A stretch of DNA of 64,000 nt from Candidatus Multivorans sp. (GTDB lineage Bacteria > Acidobacteriota > Thermoanaerobaculia > Multivoradales > Multivoraceae), in contig OZ245033.1 in the NCBI GenBank assembly GCA_965224025.1, positions 4,800,001 to 4,864,000 of the forward strand, written 5' to 3'. The stretch's first letter is position 1; each line of letters opens with the position of its first letter. The notes under the pieces were generated by a model that was given only the letters and a program-made list of their open reading frames with translations, was not told where the DNA came from and did not search any database. This document shows, piece after piece, positions 8,845 to 17,531 of this stretch. The translations under genes were made by a program, and so were the position numbers.

Positions 8845-10083
8845 GTGGCCCACCACACCACGCGACGCGCGTTCCTGGGAGCGGTCGGTGCGGCCGGCGG
8901 CGCGTCCGTCGCCTGCAGTTCGGGCCTCACGGGAGGCCCGCCGGCGCCCGCCTTGAGCCACGAACCGATTCCGCTCGACGAGCCCCTCGCAGTCGAGGAC
9001 ATCCCGACGCCGGCGTTGCTGGTCGACGTCGCCACGATGGAACTGAACCTGGCGAAGATGGCGGCCCACGCCGAGGAACAGGGCATCTCGCTTCGCCCCC
9101 ACACCAAGACCCACAAGTGCCCCCTGCTGGCCCGCCGGCAGATGGAGATGGGAGCGGTCGGTGTCTGCTGCGCCAAGGTCGGCGAAGCGGAAGTGATGAT
9201 CGAAGCCGGCGTCGAAGAGGTCCTGATCACCTCGCCCGTCGTGACCGAAGACAAGATCGCCCGGGTCGTCGCCCTCTCAAAGAAGAGTTCCGAGGTCGCC
9301 CTGGTGGTCGACAACCAATCGGCCGCGGAACGGCTGAACGAGGCGGCCGCGGCTGGGGGCGTAACCCAGCGGGTGCTTGTCGACCTCGATGTCGGCACGC
9401 GCCGCACCGGAGTCGCAGTCGGCGAGCCCGCCCTCGACCTGGCGCGGGCGATCGACGGCCTGCGCCACCTCGAGCTCCAGGGCCTCCAGGCCTACGCAGG
9501 GCACCTGATGCACGTCCACGGCCACGCCGAGCGAAAGGCCCGTTCACTGGCCGCGCTCGAGAGCGCGGTCGGGACGAAGCGGCTGATCGAGGACGACGGC
9601 ATCGAACTCAGCGTGCTCACCGGCGGCGGCACGGGAACCTGGGACATCGACTCGGCCGTAGACGGCATGACCGACCTCCAGGTCGGCTCCTACCTGTTCA
9701 TGGACGAGCAGTACCGGCAGATCGGCAGCCGTGACGGCGAGGTCTTCGACGACTTCGAGACTTCGCTCTTCGTTGTCGTCACCGCGATCAGCCAGCCGGT
9801 CCCCGAGATGATCACGACGGATGGCGGCTACAAGGCGTTCGCGTCGGACGCCGACCGGCCGCAGCTCGCCGACCTCGCCGGCGTGGTCTACGGTTGGGGC
9901 GGCGACGAGCACGGCATGCTGCGTATCGCCGACGCGCCCCGGCCGCCGCAGCTCGGCGACCGGCTCTGGTGCGTCACGCCGCACTGCGACCCGACGGTGA
10001 ACCTCTACGACGTCTACTATCCCGTGCGCGACGGCCGGGTCGAGGAACTGTGGCCGATCAGCGCCCGCGGCAAGTCGCAGTAA
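8845..10083 (+). CDS. DSD1/D-threonine aldolase family PLP-dependent enzyme with Tat signal
   Basis: TPALLVD, RPHTKTHK (PLP Lys), GGGTGT, QVGSY, DEHG and PHCDPTVN motifs. N-terminal TRRAFLG. Confidence 0.88.
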   Translation: MAHHTTRRAFLGAVGAAGGASVACSSGLTGGPPAPALSHEPIPLDEPLAVEDIPTPALLVDVATMELNLAKMAAHAEEQGISLRPHTKTHKCPLLARRQMEMGAVGVCCAKVGEAEVMIEAGVEEVLITSPVVTEDKIARVVALSKKSSEVALVVDNQSAAERLNEAAAAGGVTQRVLVDLDVGTRRTGVAVGEPALDLARAIDGLRHLELQGLQAYAGHLMHVHGHAERKARSLAALESAVGTKRLIEDDGIELSVLTGGGTGTWDIDSAVDGMTDLQVGSYLFMDEQYRQIGSRDGEVFDDFETSLFVVVTAISQPVPEMITTDGGYKAFASDADRPQLADLAGVVYGWGGDEHGMLRIADAPRPPQLGDRLWCVTPHCDPTVNLYDVYYPVRDGRVEELWPISARGKSQ

Positions 10084-10116
10084 TGCCGGCTGCGGCGGCT
10101 TCCAGGAGCTGAGCCG

Positions 10117-10680
10117 GTGGCCGGGCGAGGTGCGCAGCGGTCGCCGACGGCATTGCGCCTGCCCATCGTCGGCGTGATGGGCTCGGGGACGGAGAATCAC
10201 GAAGACTTGGCCGCTCCGCTCGGCCGCGCGATCGCGAGCGCCGGCTGGCACCTGCTGACCGGCGGCGGCGCGGGCACGATGACCGCGACCAGCCGCGCCT
10301 TCGCCGAGACGCCCGGCCGCGCCGGCCTGTGCATCGGCGTGCTGCCGGGCGCGGAGGATGGCGCCGGCTCGCCCGAGGGCTATCCCAACCCGTGGGTCGA
10401 GGTGGCGATCCGGACCCATCTACCGCTCTCCGGCGCAGCCGGAACGGGACCCAACTCCCGCAACCACATCAACGTGCTCTCCGCCGACGCGGTGGTCGCG
10501 CTGCCCGGCAGCGCCGGCACCCGAAGCGAGATCGCGCTGGCGCTCCGCTACGGCAGGCCCCTGGCGCTCTACGACCGGCCGCCTGGCGACAGCGACCAGT
10601 CGACGGCCGCGGCCGCCGCCGGCGCGCACGTGTTCACGGCACTGAACGAACTGCTCGCCTGGCTGCACGGAACTCTCTGA
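10117..10680 (+). CDS. LOG/SLOG family protein (TIGR00725/Moco-carrier-like)
   Basis: VGVMGSG, LLTGGGAGTM, IGVLPG, SRNHINVLS and LPGSAGTRSE motifs. Confidence 0.85.
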   Translation: MAGRGAQRSPTALRLPIVGVMGSGTENHEDLAAPLGRAIASAGWHLLTGGGAGTMTATSRAFAETPGRAGLCIGVLPGAEDGAGSPEGYPNPWVEVAIRTHLPLSGAAGTGPNSRNHINVLSADAVVALPGSAGTRSEIALALRYGRPLALYDRPPGDSDQSTAAAAAGAHVFTALNELLAWLHGTL

Positions 10681-10691
10681 GCGATCCCGCC

Positions 10692-11210
10692 GTGCCGCCG
10701 ACCGACGATCTGCCCTCCGACGGCGACATCTACCGGAAGAAGGCAAAGGACGACCCCTCCTACCGGCGTTTCGCCCATCGCTTCGAGGTGATCGACAGCC
10801 GCCAGGTCGAGGGAATCCAGATGCTGCCCCGCGGCGACCGTCCGGCGACCGAGCCGCGAAAGAACACCTGGCTGCGCTGCCGGGAGCCCCTGTCCGACGA
10901 CCGCACCGTGCACCTCTCCTTCTTCGCCTACATGTCGGACCTGGATTTCATGGCGGTCTCCATGCAGCCGCACGGCCCCTCGATGAAGGGTTACCGAGTA
11001 CAGGGCGCGAGCCTCGACCACGCGCTCTGGTTCCACCGGCCCTTCCGAGCCGACGAGTGGCTCCTGTTCAGCAAGGAAAGCCCGGTGACGGCACGCGGCC
11101 GCGGCTTCGTCCGCGGCCACGTCTTCAACCGGCAGGGCGAACTCGTCGCCTCGGTGAGTCAGGAGTGCCTGATCCGGCTGCGGGAGCGGGAGCACAGCGT
11201 CGCGGGGTGA
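10692..11210 (+). pseudogene. tesB: acyl-CoA thioesterase II, C-terminal half only
   Basis: AYMSD, GASLDHALWFHRPFRADEWLL and GELVASVSQECL motifs. The N-terminal hot-dog domain is absent and homology begins directly after the LOG stop. Confidence 0.75.
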
Positions 11211-11258
11211 GGGCTCAAGCGGCTTGACGTCAAGCGACCGGTACTGAAGACTGCTCCC

Positions 11259-11498
11259 ATGGAACCGATTGATGCCAGTGACTTCAAGGTACGCTGCCTG
11301 GCGATTCTCGATCGGGTCGCCGAAACCGGCGAGTCCGTGATCATCGTGAAACGCGGCCAGCCGGTCGCGGAACTCCGTCCCGCTGTGTGTCCCGACGCCG
11401 CGTACCCACAGTACGAGTTGAAAGGCACGGTGGTCGAGGTCGGCGAAATCGTGGAGCCAGCCGTGCCGGCAGATCACTGGGAGAGCACACGCCGTTGA
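11259..11498 (+). CDS. Phd/YefM family antitoxin
   Basis: IDASDFKVRCLAILDRVAETGESVIIVKRGQPVAEL pattern. Confidence 0.88.
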   Translation: MEPIDASDFKVRCLAILDRVAETGESVIIVKRGQPVAELRPAVCPDAAYPQYELKGTVVEVGEIVEPAVPADHWESTRR

Positions 11499-11656
11499 CG
11501 CTACTGCTCGACTCACATGTCGCCGCGCTTCCCGATTCCTTTCACCGCGGTCCGGCGGACCGGATCCTGGTCGCGACGGCCCGAGTGCTTGGCGCGACAT
11601 TGCTGACGCAGGACCGGAGAATCATCGAGGCGGCGCTCGTAGAGACGTTGCAGTGA
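11495..11656 (+). pseudogene. vapC: VapC/PIN toxin with large internal in-frame deletion
   Basis: N-terminal LLLDSHV joined directly to the C-terminal LPDSFHRGPADRILVATAR..LLTQD. Only 53 aa; TTGA overlap with the antitoxin. Confidence 0.8.
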
Positions 11657-12810
11657 TGCAACGGAACTCCTCAGCCTCAGGCCCCGTCGCACAGGTCGTC
11701 AAGCACGACGGGCAACAAGACCTCGCCTTCGTGGACCTCGGAAGCCGGGCCAGTGATCAACTGCGCGAGTCGTGGGGGTCCGAGCCCCCGTTCCGCTCGG
11801 GCCACGCGATCGAGAGCGTGTGGCTGCAGCCGCTGCTTGGTGGCAGCGGGACGGTCGCAACGTCTCTGCTCGCAGGCAACGTTTTCGTGGCGACGGCAAG
11901 TCCCGCGACACTGATGACCATCGGCAGCGGAGTCGGGTCCGCGGTCATGGGTCCAGCCGGAATCGTTGCCCACGCGCCCTTCGTTGCCGCCAGTACTGCT
12001 CTGATGCCGGTCGTCGCGCCCGTGATGGCCTTCCTTACCCTGTCGTCCATGCTGACCCGCGCCGGTCTCAACCGGGTGGAGAGGGCGCTCAACGAGCTTT
12101 CCAAGAATGTGAAGCGGGTCAAGGACCTCATGGAGGCCGATGACTGCGGAAGGCTCAAGAGGGCCGCCGAGAGGCTGCAGGAGATCCGCTCGCAGTTCGA
12201 ACACGCCCAGACGTTCACTGACGCCATGACCATTGCCGTGACCTCGGCCCGAACAACCATCCGCGATCTGCACCACAAGTACGAACCGCTGGCCAGTAGG
12301 GAGGTGTGTTCGGAAAACGACTTCCACACCGCCATGTTCCGCATCAATCTGTTTGCGGCGTCGAGCCTTCTGGGCATCGAGGCCGACCTGCTCCGTTTGT
12401 ATCTGACGCATCAGGATGATCCGGACTACGCAGTACGCCTGCAGACGGAATTGCTGACAAACGTCGAAACCTGCCGAAACCGCTTCAGGACGTTGCTCGA
12501 TCGCAACCCACTGGAGACGTACCTGGAGTCTTTGCAGCGGGGCCTTGACGAGGGAAGCTGGTTCGACGTTCGACCGTGGCGAGCACCACCAAGCGAAGCG
12601 AGGGCCTGGGGCAAGCCTCCTTGGCTCAGGAGACGCCTGAAGAAGCAGGTACGGACCATTGAAGGCCTCCTGAACGAGACCTCGCTCATCGCAGAGTGTT
12701 CGCGCCGGCTGGAGCTATCCCGCGAGTCGCTAGTATTCTTCAGGACCCGTGGTGGAGAGGGCGCCTTGAGGGCCTACCGCACTCACGAACTGGAACTGGC
12801 AGCGTGCTAG
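11653..12810 (+). CDS. hypothetical protein (Gly/Ala-rich hydrophobic segment followed by a helical/coiled-coil region)
   Basis: 385-aa ORF, GTGA-coupled to vapC, atypical codon usage. No motif recognised. Confidence 0.65.
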   Translation: MMQRNSSASGPVAQVVKHDGQQDLAFVDLGSRASDQLRESWGSEPPFRSGHAIESVWLQPLLGGSGTVATSLLAGNVFVATASPATLMTIGSGVGSAVMGPAGIVAHAPFVAASTALMPVVAPVMAFLTLSSMLTRAGLNRVERALNELSKNVKRVKDLMEADDCGRLKRAAERLQEIRSQFEHAQTFTDAMTIAVTSARTTIRDLHHKYEPLASREVCSENDFHTAMFRINLFAASSLLGIEADLLRLYLTHQDDPDYAVRLQTELLTNVETCRNRFRTLLDRNPLETYLESLQRGLDEGSWFDVRPWRAPPSEARAWGKPPWLRRRLKKQVRTIEGLLNETSLIAECSRRLELSRESLVFFRTRGGEGALRAYRTHELELAAC

Positions 12811-13020
12811 AGGAACGGGCGCGGGCCTCGGAAAGCGGCGGTTCGAAGCACGGCCCGCGCACAGTCCAGGCCGGCCCGTCGCCGCCCATACTATCGAGAG
12901 AGCAACATTGAGCAGAGGCTTGGGTACTCGCCCTTGCTGGACCGAGCGGCCGGACCGGAGTAGGTGAGGTGAATCCGTCAATGTCTATGTGGACCCAGCG
13001 ACTACTACGCGCGAAGACCG

Positions 13021-13374
13021 TTGAAACTGCCGAACGCGCGAGAGGCCCTCGTAGACCACGCCAAGGTCGTCGACTACCTCCTGTCGTCAGACCATCCCAA
13101 TGGACGAAGCAAAGCCGCCTTCTTCCTCGGCCTCGTTCGATGAGGAGCGATGGGGGATGCTCGCCGCAGCCCTGCGCGACCACGGCGCCGACATGAGGTC
13201 ACCGACGCCAGAGCGTCGGACCACGGTGTGCTGCACTGCGTCGATGGTACGATCAAGACACCCGACGGTCGGAATCCGCAAGCAAGGACCGTCTGGCTCA
13301 TCGAAGAGGCGACCACCGCGCCCCGACTCATCACCGCGTACCCGCTCCGGAGGGACCATGCTGGAAGAACATGA
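13021..13374 (+). pseudogene. DUF6883 family putative toxin, doubly frameshifted
   Basis: TTG 13021 gives MKLPNAREALVDHAKVVDYLLSSDHPNGRSKAAFF. It continues in other frames as FDEERWGMLAAALRDHG and IKTPDGRNPQARTVWLIEE..PRLITAYP. Confidence 0.75.
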
Positions 13375-13654
13375 CTGCGTCGTACTCACGGACGACCTCG
13401 GTGAAAGCAACCTGAAGCCCGGAGACATTGGGACCATAGTGCATGTCTACTCCGAGCGGAGCGCCTTTGAAGTCGAGTTCACGGAATTGGACGGCCATGG
13501 CGTGGCGCTAGCCACTGTGCAGCCTTCCCAGTTGCGCTCTATGGCCGCTACCGACCTCGCCCACGCCCGCGAACTCAGCAAGCAAGACCGAGCGACGGCC
13601 GCGCCTCATGGCGCGCGCGGGAGAATCTCGGCCGGTACTGCCGCTCCGCGCTGA
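13358..13654 (+). CDS. DUF4926 domain protein (putative antitoxin/immunity partner)
   Basis: MLEEHDCVVLTDDL..LKPGDIGTIVHVY..AFEVEF pattern. RBS GGAGG upstream. Confidence 0.8.
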   Translation: MLEEHDCVVLTDDLGESNLKPGDIGTIVHVYSERSAFEVEFTELDGHGVALATVQPSQLRSMAATDLAHARELSKQDRATAAPHGARGRISAGTAAPR

Positions 13655-13791
13655 AGCACTGGCCGGCGGCGGCGGAAAGCGACAGCCAGAGTCAGGGCCC
13701 GGGAGCCAGAGTCCCAGCCAGAGTCACGGCCAGATCGGTATGATCCGCCGTCGCGTCCACTGATCTCGCAACCGAGGTCCACCGAGCCGCC

Positions 13792-15261
13792 ATGACCGAC
13801 TCCGAACCGAACAACAGCAGTGCCCTGATCGCCGAACTGCGCGCCGCCCTGGGCGAGGAAGTCGTCCTCACCGGCGAGGCGGTCACGGCACGCGCTGGCG
13901 ACGGCTCGGGCACCGTGCCCTGCGTGGCTCGGGCAGTGCTCCGGCCACGCACCACGGAGCAGCTCTCAGTGGCTCTGGCGGCCTGCCACCGGGCCCGCCA
14001 ACCGGTGGTGCCGCAGGGCGGGCTGACAGGGCTCGTGGGCGGTGGCGTCGCCGGTGACCTCGAAGTAGCGATCACTCTCGAACGGATGACCGCGGTCGAG
14101 GAGATCGACCCGGTGGGCCGGACGATGACGGTTCAGGCGGGCGCGGCGCTGCAGAGCATTCAGGAGGCGGCCGAGGCCGAGGGGCTGCTCTTCCCGCTGG
14201 ACCTCGGCGCCCGCGGTTCTTGCACGATCGGCGGCAACGTGGCGACAAACGCCGGCGGCAACCGGGTGATTCGCTACGGCATGGCCCGGGACTCGGTGCT
14301 GGGTCTCGAGGCGGTGCTGGCCGACGGCACGGTGCTCTCGAGCCTGAACAAGATGGTCAAGAACAACGCCGGCTACGACCTGAAGCACTTGTTCGTGGGC
14401 TCCGAGGGGACGCTCGGCATCGTCACCCGGGTCGTGCTGCGCCTCGAGCGGCGTCCCCGCAGCCACAACTGCGCCCTGCTCGCGGTACCCGGCTTCACCG
14501 AGGTCACCGGACTGCTCCGCAAGCTCGAGGAGGACGTCGGCGGTTCGATGAGCGCCTTCGAGGTGATGTGGCGCGAGTTCTACGAGCTGGCCACAGGCCC
14601 GCGGGCGAAGACGACGCCGCCGATTCCGTACGGCGATCCCTTCTACGTGCTGGTCGAGTCGCTCGGTACCCGACCCGAGGAGGACGCGGTCCAGTTCGAG
14701 GAGGCGCTCGGCGACTGCATGGAGGCCGGCCTCATCGGCGACGCCGTGCTCGGCAAGTCGAAGGCGGAACGGGACGAGATCTGGGCGCTGCGGGACGATG
14801 TCGAGCAGCTCAACCACCTGGCCCCGATCTTCACGTTCGACGTGAGCCTGCGGATCGCCGACATGGAGAGCTACGTCGCCGACATCAAGGCCGCGCTCAC
14901 GGCCAGGTGGCCGGACAGCCAGTGCGTGGTCTTCGGCCACCTCGGCGACGGCAACCTGCACGTCGTCGCCTCTGTCGGCGACGGTTCCCCGGAGGCGCGC
15001 GGCGCGGTCGAGGAGATCGTGTACGGCCACCTCGAGCCGGTCGGCGGCTCGGTGTCGGCCGAGCACGGCATCGGCTTCGAGAAGCGCGCCCACCTCGGCC
15101 GCAGCCGTTCCACCGAAGAGATCGAGCTGATGAAGGCGCTGAAGAGAACGCTCGACCCGAAGGGCATCCTCAACCCGGGCCGGGTGTTTGAGGCCGAGGG
15201 CGCGCCGCCGACGGGCTCGCAGGCGGAAGCGAGCGTCCGACTGCCCGGTAAGAAAGGCTGA
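13792..15261 (+). CDS. FAD-binding oxidoreductase (GlcD/D-2-hydroxyacid dehydrogenase family), copy 1
   Basis: PQGGLTGLVGG, IGGNVATNAGG, KNNAGYDLK, GSEGTLG, FGHLGDGNLH, SAEHGIG and LDPKGILNPG motifs. Confidence 0.92.
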   Translation: MTDSEPNNSSALIAELRAALGEEVVLTGEAVTARAGDGSGTVPCVARAVLRPRTTEQLSVALAACHRARQPVVPQGGLTGLVGGGVAGDLEVAITLERMTAVEEIDPVGRTMTVQAGAALQSIQEAAEAEGLLFPLDLGARGSCTIGGNVATNAGGNRVIRYGMARDSVLGLEAVLADGTVLSSLNKMVKNNAGYDLKHLFVGSEGTLGIVTRVVLRLERRPRSHNCALLAVPGFTEVTGLLRKLEEDVGGSMSAFEVMWREFYELATGPRAKTTPPIPYGDPFYVLVESLGTRPEEDAVQFEEALGDCMEAGLIGDAVLGKSKAERDEIWALRDDVEQLNHLAPIFTFDVSLRIADMESYVADIKAALTARWPDSQCVVFGHLGDGNLHVVASVGDGSPEARGAVEEIVYGHLEPVGGSVSAEHGIGFEKRAHLGRSRSTEEIELMKALKRTLDPKGILNPGRVFEAEGAPPTGSQAEASVRLPGKKG

Positions 15262-15758
15262 CCACAAAGGCGCTTTGCGCCAGCTTTGAGCCATGACATC
15301 CGTCTGTCCAAGATGGTCAGGGCGGGACTCCCCTAGCCGAGTACCGCGCCACACTCCTCAGCTGCGCTTCAGTCCTACTCGGCCGTAAGGCCAGCCACAA
15401 ACCGCCTACCCGCACTCCCGCCGGCCTTTTGCTCTCATCGGCGCCGAGCTGATTCCACTCGCACTCAACTCCGCCCACAGACCCAATCGTCAAGTTCCTT
15501 TGACCACCGCCGCCGTTCCCGGTACTCTCCCAACCAACTTGGCTGGTTAGGTGAGGCCCGCCCCGGCTACCAGCCTCTGGTTCCCTCCGCGCTCAAGCCC
15601 TCGCCCCTAGATCTCCGCCCGATTCCCGGTCCCAAGGCTCGCATAGAGGAGCGCGCACCCCCCACGTAGGCGCTCGGCCAAGGGCGCCCCGCCAGTCCGC
15701 TGGTCACGCTGGCCAGGATCAACCTACCGCCACGCCTGCACAAACCTTTAGAGCCCCT

Positions 15759-16617
15759 ATGGAAACTTCTTTCACCTACAGCCCTCAACCTCTCTTTCAG
15801 AAGCTTGATCGCCGCCTCCTAATCGACAAGGAGGACAACGACTCCGCCTACTTCAGCTCACTAATGCTGAAGCTTGAGTATCTGACCAAGATCCTGGTCG
15901 CGGGTGTCGTCGCAGTCGTCGGCGATGACGTGGACCGCCACCGCTACTCCTTGGAGTACCGACTCCTTCGCGCAGACTCCCTAGGTGTATGGACGGAGTC
16001 CCTCGACAAAGCGCTCGACGGCCCACCAGCTCAGGTTCTCCTTACCGAGGCCCGCCCCTTCATCAGAAACCTCACCGAGCGCGTAGGAGCGGCTGATTGG
16101 CGCCATACTGCTGTCGCCTCCCTCGCAAGCGCGGCTGCGGAGGCTGGCGTGGAATACGAAGTACCGCACAAGGTCGCGCTGCGCGAGTTCTTCCGCCTCG
16201 GCGTTCAACTGCGGAACCGCAGCCGTGGTCACGGCGCTCCCACCGCGACCCAATGTAGCCGGTGCTGCCCACCGCTCGCAGAGTCGCTGGACCTCATCGC
16301 CCAGCGCACCGAGTTCTTCCAGCTGCCCTGGGCACACCTACACCGCAACATCTCCGGCAAGTACCGCGTGTCCCCCCTCTTGAACGCCTCATCGCCGTTC
16401 GAATACCTAAAGCGCACAGCCAGCAACCGCTATTCCGACGGCGTGTACATCGGCCTCAGCTCTCAAGGTCGCGCCACACGACCGCTGCCCGTTGCACTTG
16501 TCTTCACCGACTCAAACGTCCTGGACGTCTTTCTTGCCAACGGCAACTTCAAGAAAGACAGATTCGAAGTCCTGTCCTACGCAAGCAACACTGTCGAGCG
16601 ACGAGACGGATCTACGT
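15759..16617 (+). pseudogene. N-terminal fragment of a probable defence-type (NB-ARC/STAND-associated) protein, truncated by an IS
   Basis: RNRSRGH (HEPN-like R-x5-H) motif and lower GC. The reading frame runs into an IS end at ~16618. Family assignment is from memory of similar N-termini. Confidence 0.5.
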
Positions 16618-17038
16618 CAGTGCTGTCCCACAAACAGGTAGTGAGTATGGGTCTGGACCGTGCCTTGTCGTATGATTGGTTTTTTGGACAAAGCCAATGT
16701 CGGCAAGGAGATCCAGACCCATGGCGCACAATAGTACCGTACTCGGCCAGTTCCTGAAGCTGGTGTCGAGACATGAGTTCGAGGGGGATGCCCGGCGGCA
16801 TCACAGGGGGCGAAGGCTGCGCTCGATGAGCCGGTGGAGTCAGTTCGTGGCGATGGCGACAGCCCAGCTATCCGGGCGCTGCAGTCTTCGCGACATCGTG
16901 TCGAACCTGAATGCGCAGACTCACAAGCTCTACCATCTCGGCGTGGGCCGGGTGGCCCGGTCGTCGCTCGCGCGAGTGAACCAGAATCAGCCCCACGAGC
17001 TCTACGAGCCGTTGTTCGGTCGTTTGCTGGCGCGATGC
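16618..17038 (+). mobile_element. IS4-family remnant (left end plus DUF4372 transposase N-terminus, ATG 16721)
   Basis: End-like CAGTGCTGTCC at 16618; MAHNSTVLGQFLKLVSRHEFE..WSQFVAM..QLSGRCSLRDI..LYHLG..RSSLAR. Confidence 0.75.
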
Positions 17039-17259
17039 ACCGTCAGGCTGCGTCAGCGCGTCACCAAGGGTGCCGGCTCACGCACCAAGGCCCTGCTCAT
17101 GGCCTTCAAGCTGCTCGACATGGCCCAGAAACGATGGCGACGGGTCACCGCGACGCACCTCGTCGCTCTGGTCAGAGAAGGAGTACCATTCACCGGCGGA
17201 ACTCAGATCAGGAACGCTGCCTGATCAAGTCGCCAATCCACAACTTTCGGCAATATCTC
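17038..17259 (+). mobile_element. IS256-family remnant (transposase C-terminus plus right IR)
   Basis: TVRLRQRVTKGAGSRTKALLMAFKLLDMAQKRWRR..LVREG..F, followed by IR-like ATCCACAACTTTCGGCAATATCTC. Confidence 0.7.
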
Positions 17260-17531
17260 GCTTCGCGATCTGCGAGATCGTGTGTCCCGTCTTCCGCGGC
17301 GTCTGGACCCCTTCGTCGCGCCTCGCACGGGCGATCAGGTGCTCGAAGTTGGGCCGCCGTGCCTTGTGTCGAAGCAGGTTCCGCTGCTTCGCCACCTCGG
17401 CTATCCGGCTCGGGCTGATGGACAGCTCGAGCCGGATCATCTCCCAGGTCTTGCCGGTGCGGATGCCAGCCACGACCTGTCCCCACGGGCCTAGACCCGC
17501 AAGTTCCTCGATGGTGATGTCAAATTGGGCT

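Noticed and set aside
883-10419. Long antisense/alternate-frame ORFs (e.g. 3912..5774, 4202..5647, 5787..7520; likewise 35049..37151, 57056..58996, 59981..62581)
   Set aside because: Arg/Pro/Ala-rich shadow ORFs expected in high-GC DNA, overlapping genes that have clear motifs.
10329-11210. Full-length 293-aa TesB as given in the ORF track
   Set aside because: The first ~120 codons are an alternate frame of the LOG gene; only the part after ~10690 resembles TesB.
15262-15758. Possible ncRNA or att site in the C-rich intergenic stretch (imperfect palindrome near 15530-15551)
   Set aside because: No tRNA or Rfam-like pattern and no matching repeat at the other island end were seen.
16676-17224. 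Intact 182-aa transposase
   Set aside because: A chimera of an IS4 N-terminus and an IS256 C-terminus, lacking any DDE core.
17225-17530. Short minus-strand ORF downstream of the protease
   Set aside because: No recognisable motif, and it is cut by the IS end; possibly a gene fragment but it cannot be supported.
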